This document shows positions 28,673 through 39,892 of a DNA stretch of 64,000 bases, one piece after another. The stretch's first letter is position 1. Each line of letters starts with the position of its first letter. Origin of the DNA: Candidatus Atabeyarchaeum deiterrae. GTDB lineage: Archaea > Asgardarchaeota > Atabeyarchaeia > Atabeyarchaeales > Atabeyarchaeaceae. The stretch covers positions 1,760,001-1,824,000 of the forward strand of contig CP147780.1 of assembly GCA_037310415.1 (NCBI GenBank), given 5' to 3'. The notes beneath the pieces are model-generated. The model did not search any database. It saw nothing but the letters and a program-made list of their open reading frames with translations, and was not told the DNA's origin. The position numbers and the translations under genes were made by a program.

Positions 28673-30049
28673 ATGCCTAAAGAGAAGACTACACCCAAAG
28701 TTCGGATGCCAGCCCGATCTGTTCCCGTTATAGCCGAAGCTGATGTGATCGTAGTCGGAGGAGGAACAGCAGGGCTAGCGGCAGCCATCGCAGCAGCCAG
28801 AACAGGCGCCCAGACAATACTTGCCGAGCGCTACGGATACTTGGGAGGATCATTGACGGGAACTTACTGCACGGGACCTGGCTTCTTCGGCGACTCGGAG
28901 GGACACCAGATCATCAAAGGCATAGGGTGGGAACTAATGGAACGCCTGGAGAAACTAGGTTCCGCCATCCTCGACCGCGACCACTGGAACGCACAGATCT
29001 TCCCAGAAACAGTAAAAAACGCTGCCCTTGACTTGGTAGCTGAAGCTGGAGTCGGTCTATATCTTCACGCTTTTGTGAGCGATCTTGTAATCAGGAACGG
29101 AGTAATAAGAAGCATCATCATGCAAAGCAAGTCTGGTCCAATGGCAGTGAATGGAAAGGTGTTTGTGGATGCGACGGGAGATGCAGATATAGTCTTCAAG
29201 GCAGGCGGTCCGACGGAGATGCTTGAGCCAAGCAGGCTCTGGCAAACATCAGTCGATCTGACAGTGTGCAACGTCGATTCTACAAAAGTCATCAAATGGG
29301 CAAAAGATAATCCAGACCGAACCGTGATCGAAGGTGCCACCGAGAACTTGTCGAAAACCTTTGGAATTCATCCAATGTTCAATGTCATCGTACTTAAAGA
29401 GGGAACCGAAGGTAAGAGTCAAGAAAGTGGCATTAAGCATGTTGGACCCATGCCAACTATCAAGCTCCTAGTTAGAAGAAACATCAGCAGAGTACAAGGA
29501 TCAGTTGAGATCGACGGAACTGATGTCCGAGGATTGACATATGCTGAGGTTGAGGCCCGTCGCCGAGCAATGGAGCACCTCGTCTATCTAAAGAAGACTG
29601 TGCCCGGGTATGAAGATGCTTTTGTGATTGGTGAATCACAACTGGGTGTACGTGAGACAAGACGCATCGTGGGAGACTACGTGCTAACAGTTGATGACTT
29701 GATTAGGAAAGCCCGCTTCCCTGATGTGGTAGCCCTGAACTGTCGCGCTTTAGATCGTCACACGAAGGGCGAGGTGTTTGAGATAACCTTTTTGAGTGGT
29801 AACCACGACATTCCGCTCAGAGCCCTGATACCCAAGAAAGTCAAGAACCTCTTGGTGGCCGGTCGCTGCATATCCAGCGATCATGATGCGAACGCGTCTT
29901 TGAGGGGAGCTGGGGCCTGTATGGCTACGGGTCACGCTGCAGGCACGGCGGCAGCACTTTCAGCTAGAGATAGCGGAAACGTTAGAGACATTAACATCCC
30001 GACTCTTCAGAAGATCTTGAAAGAGCAGAATGCCATTCTGAAAGCATGA
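28673..30049 (+). CDS. FAD-dependent oxidoreductase (FAD_oxidored/HdrA-like flavin domain)
   Basis: VVGGGTAG, DATGDAD, GVRETRRI, NLLVAGRCIS, GHAAG. Confidence 0.9.
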   Translation: MPKEKTTPKVRMPARSVPVIAEADVIVVGGGTAGLAAAIAAARTGAQTILAERYGYLGGSLTGTYCTGPGFFGDSEGHQIIKGIGWELMERLEKLGSAILDRDHWNAQIFPETVKNAALDLVAEAGVGLYLHAFVSDLVIRNGVIRSIIMQSKSGPMAVNGKVFVDATGDADIVFKAGGPTEMLEPSRLWQTSVDLTVCNVDSTKVIKWAKDNPDRTVIEGATENLSKTFGIHPMFNVIVLKEGTEGKSQESGIKHVGPMPTIKLLVRRNISRVQGSVEIDGTDVRGLTYAEVEARRRAMEHLVYLKKTVPGYEDAFVIGESQLGVRETRRIVGDYVLTVDDLIRKARFPDVVALNCRALDRHTKGEVFEITFLSGNHDIPLRALIPKKVKNLLVAGRCISSDHDANASLRGAGACMATGHAAGTAAALSARDSGNVRDINIPTLQKILKEQNAILKA

Positions 30050-30158
30050 AAAAGTGGAAGGTTCTTTACGCTCCCGCTCAACGAGTTGTTTCAAAAGAAG
30101 AAATGCTAAGTTCTAGACAGAACTGATCTCGCCTGCGCATGGATTCTCGTGTTTCCTG

Positions 30159-31016
30159 CTACTCCATTTCCTCGAGCAGTGCGCCAATATCGTTGCCTTT
30201 CGTGGGCGTCTTTGCAAGGTTCATACCTCTTACTTGAGGGATGTTGTCGTAGTACGAAGGTCGATCTTCTTTGTAGAATAGTCCGATCGGTATGTGGTCG
30301 CCCCATTCCTGACACTTTTCGAGTGCTTTCTGCCTGTTGGTAGTGTCGTGTCCCGTTTCATCAAGCTTGTACACTCTCTTTTTGTACCAGTCGTAAGTGT
30401 TTAGGTAGTTGAAAGATACACATACCTGCAAGACGTCGATGTAACTGAAGCCTCGATGCTTGATTGCCTGTACTATAAGGTTTTGCAGATGCCTTATTTC
30501 ACCTACATATCCGCGGGCTACGAACGTTGCATTGCTAATAAGTGCATGAGCTAACGGATTTAATGGTGGGGTGATCGATCCGTACGGAGTGGATTTGCTT
30601 TTGAATCCCTGCGAAGTTGTTGCTGTTGTCTGCCCAGTTGTTAAACCGAAGACCATGTTATCATGAACAATCAAAGTCATGTTTACGTTTCTCCGAATCG
30701 CATGGACGAAGTGATCCCATCCTTCATCATAACAGTCGCCGTCACCTGAAAACCCTATTACCTTGATATCTGGGTTAGCTAGAGTTACCCCTGTAGCGAC
30801 AGGCAGCACTCTGCCGTGGATGCTGTGGAACCCGTTAATGTTGACATAATCGATCATCTTTCCATGGCAGCCTATGCCAGAAACCAAGACTATCTCCTCC
30901 CTGGCTAAGCCTGAGTCAACCAAGGCGCTCTTAACTGCAGTTAGAATTCCAAAGTTGCCGCAACCAGGGCACCAGGTGCTTTTCTTGGGGGTTTCGAGAT
31001 CCTTCAATGTTACCAT
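30159..31016 (-). CDS. 2-oxoacid:ferredoxin oxidoreductase beta subunit
   Basis: WCPGCGN, SGIGC, HGR, GDGD TPP motif, GLTTGQ. Confidence 0.95.
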   Translation of the reverse strand: MVTLKDLETPKKSTWCPGCGNFGILTAVKSALVDSGLAREEIVLVSGIGCHGKMIDYVNINGFHSIHGRVLPVATGVTLANPDIKVIGFSGDGDCYDEGWDHFVHAIRRNVNMTLIVHDNMVFGLTTGQTTATTSQGFKSKSTPYGSITPPLNPLAHALISNATFVARGYVGEIRHLQNLIVQAIKHRGFSYIDVLQVCVSFNYLNTYDWYKKRVYKLDETGHDTTNRQKALEKCQEWGDHIPIGLFYKEDRPSYYDNIPQVRGMNLAKTPTKGNDIGALLEEME

Positions 31017-31019
31017 TTC

Positions 31020-32780
31020 TTAGAGCACCTCCTTTACCTTTTGGGCTAGGCTGCCCGGATTCCAGGGCCTCCCATCATACTTCAAAAACTTATGATCCAC
31101 ATCCTTCAAAGTCAGTTGCCGGACCAAGCCAGAGATCTGGCAGTTCTTACTATTCTCAATGGCGACAGTCTTTTTCGCGTTATTCAGCACATCTTCAATT
31201 CTGCTTGTTGGGAAGGGCTGCAAGTACACGATCTGGCAGTAGTTCACTGAGATTCCTTCGTTGTGGAGGAGCTTCATCGCCTCACGTATTGGGCCCTTGG
31301 TGGAACCCCAAGCGATTATTGTTGCCTTGGCATCTTCCGGTCCGAAGAGCCTAGTCGTTTCTATCCGCTTCTGTTGAATCTCCTTCTCCAAGTATTCGAG
31401 TTTCCTCATCCTCTTGTCCATCATCTGCACTGTCATGTCAGGTTTCTCAGTCGTGTAACCAGATTCGTCGTGTTCATCAGAATTTGTGCGAACGATAGCC
31501 CCAATTGTTGACGGGATGGCCCTCGGTGACACTCCTGTCGCAGTGATCTTATGCCTCTTGTACTCGTCCTTACTTTCCCATCGACCTGTATTCACTAAGT
31601 CTCCTCTTTCAATCTTGATGCGACTAACGTCAAATCGATTAACTGATGTATGGCTCTCTGCAACGTACTTGTCAACCAGAAGGATGACTGGGAGTTGATA
31701 CTTGTCTGCCCAGTTGAATGCTTGCATGGTCTCGTAGAAGCACTCTTCAACATCGCCAGGGGCAATCACAACTCTAGGGAATTCTCCCTGGCCAGCATGA
31801 AGAGCGAATCTTAAGTCTGCCTGTGACGTATATGTGGGAAGCCCAGTGCTGGGACCATTTCTTATTCCCAGGGCAATAACAACACCCGTCTCAGTCATTC
31901 CAGTCATTCCCAAAGCCTCTGTCATCAGGCAGAAGCCTCCACCTGAAGTTGCAGTCATCGATCTGACTCCAGCGAAAGATGCACCTGCAGCCATAAGTAT
32001 CGCTGCAATCTCACCTTCGGGGTGCATTACGATCATCTTGTAGTTCCTCTCCTTCTCGGCCATGAAGGTAAGGAGGGCCGACATCGGTGTCATGGGATAG
32101 GCCACGTAGAGTCCACAACCAGCTGCTATTGCACCTGTTCCTATCGCTTCATTTCCAGTAAGAAAGATGTGGTACTTCCCCTCTGCCTTAGTTTTCTCCA
32201 GTCGACATTCGAAGTCATCCTCAAAGTTGTTCTTCAAGTACTCGTATCCGTTCTGTGCCGCTTTGATACTCGCCTCGGCAGCAACTGGCTTGTCACTGAA
32301 GGTGTCCCTCAAGACATCCTCCAGTATCTTAAAGTCGCAATTGACGAGTTTCACAGCAGCTCCAAGAGCAACAGTGTTTCTCGAAATGGCATCTTGCTTT
32401 AAGTCCTCCGTAACAATCTTCTTCAGAGGAACCGGGTAGAACTTCAGGTCTTTCCTTCCAAGTTGCTTCTGCGCATCAGGCAAGTCAATTGGGTCGTGAA
32501 TGATCCCAGCGCCTGGCGCAAGCTCATTCTTATGCAACATGACTGTCTCTGCGTTCAATGCTATTAGCAGGTCAATATAATCTGTTTGCGAGTAAACTTC
32601 TTGGTCGCGTATCCATGCTACATAGAAGTTATGTCCTCCTCGAATAAGCGATTGATAATCGTTCATGCCGAAAGCATAAAGTCCTCCTCGCATGGCGGCT
32701 TTCACGAAGAGATAGCCAGCTCGAGTAATGCCAGCTCCAGCTTCTCCTCCTACCAGAATAGATAGATCGTTGACTTTCAT
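31020..32780 (-). CDS. 2-oxoacid:ferredoxin oxidoreductase alpha (gamma-alpha fusion) subunit
   Basis: GGEAGAG, IRGGHN, GNEA, YPMTP, TSGGGF, GPSTGLPT. Confidence 0.95.
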   Translation of the reverse strand: MKVNDLSILVGGEAGAGITRAGYLFVKAAMRGGLYAFGMNDYQSLIRGGHNFYVAWIRDQEVYSQTDYIDLLIALNAETVMLHKNELAPGAGIIHDPIDLPDAQKQLGRKDLKFYPVPLKKIVTEDLKQDAISRNTVALGAAVKLVNCDFKILEDVLRDTFSDKPVAAEASIKAAQNGYEYLKNNFEDDFECRLEKTKAEGKYHIFLTGNEAIGTGAIAAGCGLYVAYPMTPMSALLTFMAEKERNYKMIVMHPEGEIAAILMAAGASFAGVRSMTATSGGGFCLMTEALGMTGMTETGVVIALGIRNGPSTGLPTYTSQADLRFALHAGQGEFPRVVIAPGDVEECFYETMQAFNWADKYQLPVILLVDKYVAESHTSVNRFDVSRIKIERGDLVNTGRWESKDEYKRHKITATGVSPRAIPSTIGAIVRTNSDEHDESGYTTEKPDMTVQMMDKRMRKLEYLEKEIQQKRIETTRLFGPEDAKATIIAWGSTKGPIREAMKLLHNEGISVNYCQIVYLQPFPTSRIEDVLNNAKKTVAIENSKNCQISGLVRQLTLKDVDHKFLKYDGRPWNPGSLAQKVKEVL

Positions 32781-33070
32781 GTTTTCTTCCCCAGTCCAGT
32801 TTTGCAGATGTCTCGACTACACTGGCAATAGTTACAGGTGGATTCAGGAGTCCCTCTGCCGCTCCTTCTGATTCTGAATAGGTTTTACAGAAACGATAAT
32901 GAGATAAAAACATTTCTTAGGATCAGGTTGGACGATGCATTTGTGTATTCCGCAATGACTACGTTCAATAATTCGGTGAACATGATTAGGTTTATTATGA
33001 GCGTCATAGGATAGTCGTACTGAAGTCCACCCAAGATCCGAAGTCGAGAAGCTGCGGGGTAACTTGTTCT

Positions 33071-35050
33071 ATGTCGCTACTTTCCGCTATCAAGAACCTT
33101 CTTCACAGGAAAAAACAAAAGGAGCTATTCCAGTGTGCCGTCGAATTGAAACACGTAGAGGAGCTGACACTCGGAGGAGAACTTGAAGAAGCACTCCAAG
33201 AAGTGGAGAAACTCGAGAAAAGCAGTGAGCTTGTCAAAGAAGAACAAACTGCCTGCAAACTCTTGAAGAGCGACATCCTCAACGAGATGGGCAATCACGA
33301 AGATGCGCTGACGCTCGCAAAACAGGCGTCAGAAGAAAGCAAGGCGCTTGGTAGCCAGTCACAGTTCGTGGAAGCCGCGACGAGAAAAGCGAATGCATTC
33401 CATAGACTTGGTCGCTACGCTGAAGGACTCAAAGCAATCGAAGAAGGTGAACAGGTTCTCGAGAAGATGCCGCAGCTACAGCCGCTGGAGTCAGCAGAGA
33501 AGCGGAAACTCCTTCTGAATCGCAAGGGCACCCTATACATAGAGAAGGGAGAAATGGATTTCGCGATCAAATGCTTTCAAGACAGCCTGGTTCTGTCGAG
33601 AGAGCTCGGGGACAAACGAGGAGTTGCCTCAACCCTAAACAACATTGGCTATTCCTACCACTTGAAAGGTGAACTGGATCTTGCCCTGGAAAACTATCAG
33701 AACAGCCTAGAGATTCTTCAAGAAATAGATTACAAGCTTGCTATCAGTGCTGCCCTCAACAATATCGGTCTCACATACCACTTAAAAGGCGAACTTGACC
33801 TAGCGCTGCAGCATTTTCAGAAGAGTCTTGCGGTTGCCGAGACTATCGCGTACATGCCACTTATCGCAATAAACCTGGGAGGCATAGGTGTCATCCACTA
33901 CGAGCAAGGTGAAGTTGACTCTGCCTCAAATTACTATGGAAGGAGTCTGGCCATACACGAAGAACTTGGAAACAGTCTCTACACATCTGAAATACTTTTC
34001 AGGTTAGTCGTCTTGGAGATGGAAAGAGGCTCCGCCGAGACTGCTAGCGACTACCTTCGCAAGTTGAAGACAATCAGAGAAAAAGAAGAAAACAAGATCA
34101 TCAGCCAGCGATACCACCTCTCTGAAGCCCTACTTCTGAAAAATAGTGACAGAATAGTGGAGAAGGCTAAGGCCCAAGAGATCTTCAAACAAGTGGCGGA
34201 AGAACCCGTTGTTTCACTTGAGCTTACCACTTTTGCATCGCTCAACCTCTGCGAGTTACTCTTGCTGGAGTTGAAGACTTTTGGAAATGAGAAGATTCTG
34301 AGAGAACTGAAGACGATCTACCAAATGCTACTCGATATTGCTAGTCTGCAAAAGTCCTATTCACTGCTCGCGGAAACCTACTTACTGCAATCTAAGCTTG
34401 CGCTGCTGGAGCTGGACGTGAAACAGGCACAGAAGCACCTTTCTGAGGCAGAGCAAATTGCAGGCGATAAAGGCCTCCGCAGACTTGCTGTAAAGGTGTC
34501 GAATGAGCATGATTCACTGCTTGACCAGTCGAGCAAGTGGAATGACCTTGCCCAGAGGAACGCGTCTATAGCTGAAAGACTTGAATTGGCCCAACTTGAA
34601 GACACGATGGCAAAAATGATATTGGGAAGATCAGAAGAGATCCCCGAAGTGCCGGAGGAGCCAGTAATGTTGTTGACGATGGATGAAGAAAGTGGGTTAA
34701 CATTGTACTCCAAGAAATTTCTTCCTGAAGGACAACTTGATGAGCAAATCATTGGCGGATTCTTGACGGCGATCAACAGTTTTGGCCGTGAGTTGTTTTC
34801 AACCACAGGGTCACTCGAACGAATAAAGCATCAAGACTTCACAATAATGATGAAGCCTCAGAAACCTCTGATGTTCTGCTATGTGTTCAAGGGACAGTCT
34901 TATCATGCCCTGCAGAAACTGGATCGTTTTATACTGGCCTTGCAGAACTCGCAGACAACTTGGAACGCCATAGTCAATAGGAGCCTGAAGAGAGATTCAT
35001 CTGAGGTAGCATCAATCGAACAATTTGTGCGGGAGATATTTGTGTCATAG
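33071..35050 (+). CDS. TPR-repeat protein with C-terminal longin-like domain
   Basis: Repeated LNNIG.YHLKGELDLAL TPRs; C-terminal GLTLYSKKF...IIGGFLTAINSF.RELF...LERIKH..F pattern. Confidence 0.75.
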   Translation: MSLLSAIKNLLHRKKQKELFQCAVELKHVEELTLGGELEEALQEVEKLEKSSELVKEEQTACKLLKSDILNEMGNHEDALTLAKQASEESKALGSQSQFVEAATRKANAFHRLGRYAEGLKAIEEGEQVLEKMPQLQPLESAEKRKLLLNRKGTLYIEKGEMDFAIKCFQDSLVLSRELGDKRGVASTLNNIGYSYHLKGELDLALENYQNSLEILQEIDYKLAISAALNNIGLTYHLKGELDLALQHFQKSLAVAETIAYMPLIAINLGGIGVIHYEQGEVDSASNYYGRSLAIHEELGNSLYTSEILFRLVVLEMERGSAETASDYLRKLKTIREKEENKIISQRYHLSEALLLKNSDRIVEKAKAQEIFKQVAEEPVVSLELTTFASLNLCELLLLELKTFGNEKILRELKTIYQMLLDIASLQKSYSLLAETYLLQSKLALLELDVKQAQKHLSEAEQIAGDKGLRRLAVKVSNEHDSLLDQSSKWNDLAQRNASIAERLELAQLEDTMAKMILGRSEEIPEVPEEPVMLLTMDEESGLTLYSKKFLPEGQLDEQIIGGFLTAINSFGRELFSTTGSLERIKHQDFTIMMKPQKPLMFCYVFKGQSYHALQKLDRFILALQNSQTTWNAIVNRSLKRDSSEVASIEQFVREIFVS

Positions 35051-37348
35051 GGTAGAGCCTATGCATATCCTGTTCCATAGTTCTATCCTGAGTTTCTCCA
35101 GATGTTTGCTTGATGCAACTCTTTCTCCATCGAGGTAGACGTTCAGGCCTTGGTTCGTCGCGTCTGCTGCGCTTGCGTTCCATGATACTGCAACGTTATG
35201 TCCTTGATAGGGCACTCCTTGGATAGAGAAATCTTCAAGGTTGAAGGGAAGAGGATCGATCAGAAGCGATCTCTCGGCAGGATCTGTGGGTCTTATTCCA
35301 CAGACATATTTGATGATCAAGTCGACCACCCATGAATGCTGATAGTCGTCCACACCCCTATAGGTGCATGGATCGCCGGTCAGCGGGTTGTAGTGCTCGT
35401 AACAATTAGGCCGGTTGAAGTCCTCATCAAAGAACATCATCTTAATGTATTCTAAGATGAAGTTGGCGGCAACGCTCCGAAGAGGCTCATCGCCGTTGCT
35501 TTCCGCCGTGTAGACCAGCGCCTCTGCAATGTGGCTGTTAGTCATGGGCCAGACTCGTCCGTTCCATGGGCACATCATGCGCTTTCCCTTCCACTCTGCG
35601 TCGGCACTGAAGTATTCGCTTTCCATGCTGAGAGTTGCCACGGGGGTTGGAGTCCAGAACTCTTTATCGTTCAACAAGTGCTCCTTGATTGACGGTAAGT
35701 GCTCTTGTGTGGCGATGTCGGACATGAACGGGTAGAAGCATGTTATTGCTTTCACTTTGCTCTTTTCGTGGTCAGAGGGTCTCACGTCGTAGAACATCTT
35801 GTCCTTATGATCCCACATGATGTCGCGGATGGCACTTCGGCATTTTACCGCGCTGGCCAATAGCTTCTTTGCATCTTCCTTCTTGCCAATCTTCTCTGCA
35901 ATGTAGCTTAGTGCATTCTGCAGTTCGTAGATGTAGACTGTTGCGTCGACTCCCTCCAAGGGCTCTTGAAGAGGTTGATCCTTGTCTGCTTCTGCATCAG
36001 CATGCAAGTATCTCGGGTTAAGTTCCTGACCCGACTCCATCTCATCTAATATGTCGTAGAGGTAGTCGTGGTCGCAATCCCTCTCATCATTGAAGTAGTT
36101 TAAGTATCTCATTAGTGGTTCATAGACCTGTCTGAGGAATTCTAGATCGGGATGAACCTTGTGCAGCTCGGTTGCGACTTTACCCCAATTGGCATGATAG
36201 AATGTGTTATCTCTCAGGTCAGCAGTGCCCACAATTCCCGGGAGGAAACCATTTGGCTTCTGGTAATGGAAAAGTCCGAGCATGCACCCTTGCGCTAAAG
36301 TGGGGTTCTTCGTCCAGCGCGTCTCAAGAACATGGGTTTGGGCAGAGTAGGAGATGTGTTTTCTGAAAACCCTCAATCCCTCATATACGCACGGGTACTT
36401 GTGATTGCCAAGCTTTCCAATGGTCATAAGGTGGAGACCGTACCACCTGTACCAGTAATATTTCTCAATATAAGGGTTCGAGCAGTGAAACTCTGGGACC
36501 TCTGAGAAGAAGCTTCTCCAAGACTCAGAACTTGCATCTGGCTGCTTCCTGACTATTTCTTCCTCCAATCTCTTCACGGCTTCATCCCCAGACAAAGAAA
36601 ATGAAGAGCTGAAAGAAAAAGCTGCTGTGCCTTTTGTCGATAGTCTCAATGGGTATTGTAACCCGATGTATAGCAGCCCGTAAGGATCGGTCCCCACTTG
36701 GCGTTTAATCTCATTCTTGAATTGTCCCCCATGTATCTTGTCGGCGAAGGGCGTTAGGCTCCAAAGCGGTTTATTCTCTGAGCCTTGAGAAAGGTTGACA
36801 GTGAAGGAGGAGAAACCTTGTTTAGAGCCCATCACCTGTATGATGTTGGGGTTCTTGCGAAAAACCATCATGCTCTTTGTATCGACAGGTCTTGCATCTA
36901 TGACCGATGCTGCGGGATACGCCACCCAAGGAACCATATGTAGAAGTTGGCCCTCCTTTGCTTTGGCTCCCTTCATTTGAGCTATCTCAAGTGTGGAGGT
37001 GAGAGCGTAGCTGGCTGATGCAGTTCTCCACTCTGTAACCTCAATTCCTTGCGATGAAACGTACTTCTGCTTGAAGTATGAAGGAGTCCATTCACGACTC
37101 GAAAGATCACATTCCAGTTGGATCGGTCGAAGATTCTCGTCAAGAATAGTCATGGTGAAGACGGGTTCGACTTTAATGTCGTAAAAGTCTGCATAGTCAT
37201 AGAACCCAAGCACATCAAGATACTCAGGAAAGGACGGTGCATAAATCAAACCGGAACCATTCCCCAAAAACCACTTGTCTCCCCTGCGCGAGAGAAGAGA
37301 AAGCGGATCAAAAGACTGCGACATCACGGTTAACCTCCGTTTGAGCAT
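35045..37348 (-). CDS. GH63/MGH1-like (alpha/alpha)6 glycoside hydrolase
   Basis: ESGQE.NPR, MWD...FYD, WNGRVWP, EHYNP.TG. Confidence 0.82.
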   Translation of the reverse strand: MLKRRLTVMSQSFDPLSLLSRRGDKWFLGNGSGLIYAPSFPEYLDVLGFYDYADFYDIKVEPVFTMTILDENLRPIQLECDLSSREWTPSYFKQKYVSSQGIEVTEWRTASASYALTSTLEIAQMKGAKAKEGQLLHMVPWVAYPAASVIDARPVDTKSMMVFRKNPNIIQVMGSKQGFSSFTVNLSQGSENKPLWSLTPFADKIHGGQFKNEIKRQVGTDPYGLLYIGLQYPLRLSTKGTAAFSFSSSFSLSGDEAVKRLEEEIVRKQPDASSESWRSFFSEVPEFHCSNPYIEKYYWYRWYGLHLMTIGKLGNHKYPCVYEGLRVFRKHISYSAQTHVLETRWTKNPTLAQGCMLGLFHYQKPNGFLPGIVGTADLRDNTFYHANWGKVATELHKVHPDLEFLRQVYEPLMRYLNYFNDERDCDHDYLYDILDEMESGQELNPRYLHADAEADKDQPLQEPLEGVDATVYIYELQNALSYIAEKIGKKEDAKKLLASAVKCRSAIRDIMWDHKDKMFYDVRPSDHEKSKVKAITCFYPFMSDIATQEHLPSIKEHLLNDKEFWTPTPVATLSMESEYFSADAEWKGKRMMCPWNGRVWPMTNSHIAEALVYTAESNGDEPLRSVAANFILEYIKMMFFDEDFNRPNCYEHYNPLTGDPCTYRGVDDYQHSWVVDLIIKYVCGIRPTDPAERSLLIDPLPFNLEDFSIQGVPYQGHNVAVSWNASAADATNQGLNVYLDGERVASSKHLEKLRIELWNRICIGSTL

Positions 37349-37564
37349 GTGTATCTATTCGGGTCAGAGCGTGAACCATTGAAATAGTATTATGTTGCAT
37401 GTCCGCCTATAAGACTGTTTTAACAGTTGAAATCTGAAATAGCTTTTCGCAGATGAGTACTGCTGTGGCAAGGGTATTCCGATTAGTATTTATCGTGGCT
37501 TTCCTCTAAGTACTAACGGATCTGGAGGAAAATGCCAAGTTTGGCTGGACGGGGGTAACAGTCT

Positions 37565-38149
37565 TTGTGTGCTGCCGCCGATTTGGAAAGCAGAGCTCAA
37601 AGGGAGCGAATAAGGGACGACATGATGGGTACTAGAAAAGGTGAGGAACTCCATCTGCCTTCTGATATTCAATGGTACACAATATCTAGTGGAGACCTCG
37701 GTCTTTTGATCCTGACGGTTCTGTTCGTGATTTTGGGAGCCTTCGTTCTAATCTATGCCGTAGCATTCGCATTTGCGAATATTGTTAGTCTTGGAGAAGT
37801 TGCGGCTGCAAGGAAATACAGAAGGAAAACCGAAAGGTTGGGACTGGAAGAACGAGAAGGGCGCAAAATTGCGGGGAAGTTGAGCCGTACAACCATCTAC
37901 TTCACGAGTGTCCTTCTAGCCTTGACTGTCGAAGAAGGTTATAGATACATCTTTCACACCGGGTCAGCAGACAGTTTGATTTGGGCGTTTAGAATAGTCT
38001 GCTTCGCACTCTTCATCTTAATCACAGGAGTGCTGTTCGTGAGGCTCTACCGATGGATGTCATTCAAGTCCTCGACAACGTACCAGAAAACGATCAATAA
38101 GATCAAAGAGGTTGAGAAGGGTTCATACAAGAGGATCTACGAAAAGTAG
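37565..38149 (+). CDS. Hypothetical membrane protein (3 TM)
   Basis: Three hydrophobic segments. Confidence 0.6.
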   Translation: MCAAADLESRAQRERIRDDMMGTRKGEELHLPSDIQWYTISSGDLGLLILTVLFVILGAFVLIYAVAFAFANIVSLGEVAAARKYRRKTERLGLEEREGRKIAGKLSRTTIYFTSVLLALTVEEGYRYIFHTGSADSLIWAFRIVCFALFILITGVLFVRLYRWMSFKSSTTYQKTINKIKEVEKGSYKRIYEK

Positions 38150-38566
38150 AGTAGAAGTCGGTCAAGCATGCATACCCGCGGCGACCCATGTAACCTCACC
38201 TCTCTATTCTTTTTGTGGGGACCGCGATAGAATCCAATGCAACAACGATTGAAGACAAGTCCGCGATGAGAATCACAAGAACGAATAAAGTCATATAATG
38301 CTCATTCCATTTCCGATGGCAGATCGCAAATTCGCTTGAGAACGTAAATGGAATCATTGGAGAACTTCAAGTAATGTGACCAGTTCCCTTATATCAGCGA
38401 GGCTGTTTCTCAGTTCAATGGACTCCAACCTCTGCATTTATCGTATGTTACAAATAACTCTCATGAATCGTTTTGAGTCATGGAAGCTCACTCGACTACA
38501 GTCGTTTAGGAGTCAACTAAAGCAATGTTGAACACTTTGTATTTACCAAGAAGAAGGCGATGTTAG

Positions 38567-39892
38567 GTGACTGAACCAAAAGGAGCAGCTGCAAAGGAAA
38601 AGAAAGGCGGAGACGTCGCCATTAAGTGGCACGGATTCTACCAAGGGAAAATAGGAACCAACATAAAAGTCCCGATAACCTCACTTAACGACTTCTCATA
38701 CTGGTACACACCCTACGTGGCTGATGTTTGCAGAGCGATCCAAGCAGACGAACACCGACAGTATGAGTTGACGAACAAGTCGAACCTCGTTGCAGTCGTT
38801 ACAGATGGCACTAGGATCCTCGGTCTTGGAGACATAGGTCCAAAGGCAGGAATGCCAGTCATGGAGGGAAAGGCGATGATCTTCAAATACCTTGGAGACG
38901 TTGATGCCTTCCCCATATGCCTTGGCACTAAGGACGAGGATCATATAATCCAAGCGGTGAAATGGATAGCGCCAACTTTCGGCGGAATTAACTTGGAAGA
39001 TATTGACTCACCGAAGTGCTTCAAGATCCTACAAGAACTCACGAAGCAACTAGATATATTTGTCTGGCACGACGACCAACAAGGAACGGCGACAGTAATA
39101 CTCGCGGGACTAATCAATGCATTGAAAGTCGCAGGAAAGAAAATAGGCGAAATCCAGACTGCCATAATTGGCGCGGGCGCAGCAGGCATCCCAACAGCAA
39201 GACTTCTCATCGAAGCTGGGACAAAGCAGGAGAACATCATCATGGTTGATAGCAAGGGAATACTCTCCAACGATAGACGAGACATGGACAAATGGAAAGC
39301 CGGAATCGCGAGAATAACCAACGGCGAACAAAGAACTGGGGGAATAGAAGAAGCATTGAAAGACTGCGACGTGGTGATAGGAATCTCGAAACCGGGACCA
39401 GGCGTGATAACTAAAGAAATGGTGAAGTCAATGGCAACAAACTCAATAGTCTTCGCACTCGCAAACCCGACACCCGAAATACTGCCCAGTGAGGCAAAAG
39501 AAGCAGGAGCAAAAGTAGTAGCAACAGGCAGATCAGACTTCCCTAACCAGGTCAACAACAGCATAGGGTTCCCCGCAATCCTAAGAGGTGCACTGGACGT
39601 CCACGCGAAGACAATAAACGCGGAAATGATGATTGAAGCCGCCACAGAAGTCGCCAAGTTCGCCGAAGAGAAAGGTCTGAGCGACGACTATATTGTTCCA
39701 AGAATGACAGAGCTCGAAATGTATCCAAGAGAAGCAGCAGCAATCGCGCGCGCAGCAATCAGAACAGGTGTGGCCAAGGTCAAAGTTGATCCGAAGAAAA
39801 TACAAGAAGACACATTGAAACGAATAATGGCTAACAAAAAGATCAACGAGCTATTAGTGAAAGAGAACTTCATAAAACCGTTCCCACAATAG
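38567..39892 (+). CDS. mae: NAD(P)-dependent malic enzyme
   Basis: YTP.VA, TDGTRILGLG, PVMEGK, NLEDI, HDDQQGT, GAGAAG, ANPTPE, TGRSD.PNQ.NN. Confidence 0.96.
   Translation: MTEPKGAAAKEKKGGDVAIKWHGFYQGKIGTNIKVPITSLNDFSYWYTPYVADVCRAIQADEHRQYELTNKSNLVAVVTDGTRILGLGDIGPKAGMPVMEGKAMIFKYLGDVDAFPICLGTKDEDHIIQAVKWIAPTFGGINLEDIDSPKCFKILQELTKQLDIFVWHDDQQGTATVILAGLINALKVAGKKIGEIQTAIIGAGAAGIPTARLLIEAGTKQENIIMVDSKGILSNDRRDMDKWKAGIARITNGEQRTGGIEEALKDCDVVIGISKPGPGVITKEMVKSMATNSIVFALANPTPEILPSEAKEAGAKVVATGRSDFPNQVNNSIGFPAILRGALDVHAKTINAEMMIEAATEVAKFAEEKGLSDDYIVPRMTELEMYPREAAAIARAAIRTGVAKVKVDPKKIQEDTLKRIMANKKINELLVKENFIKPFPQ

Noticed and set aside
33625-33830. Imperfect ~120-bp direct repeat
   Set aside because: It encodes consecutive TPR units; it is not a CRISPR array or DGR repeat.
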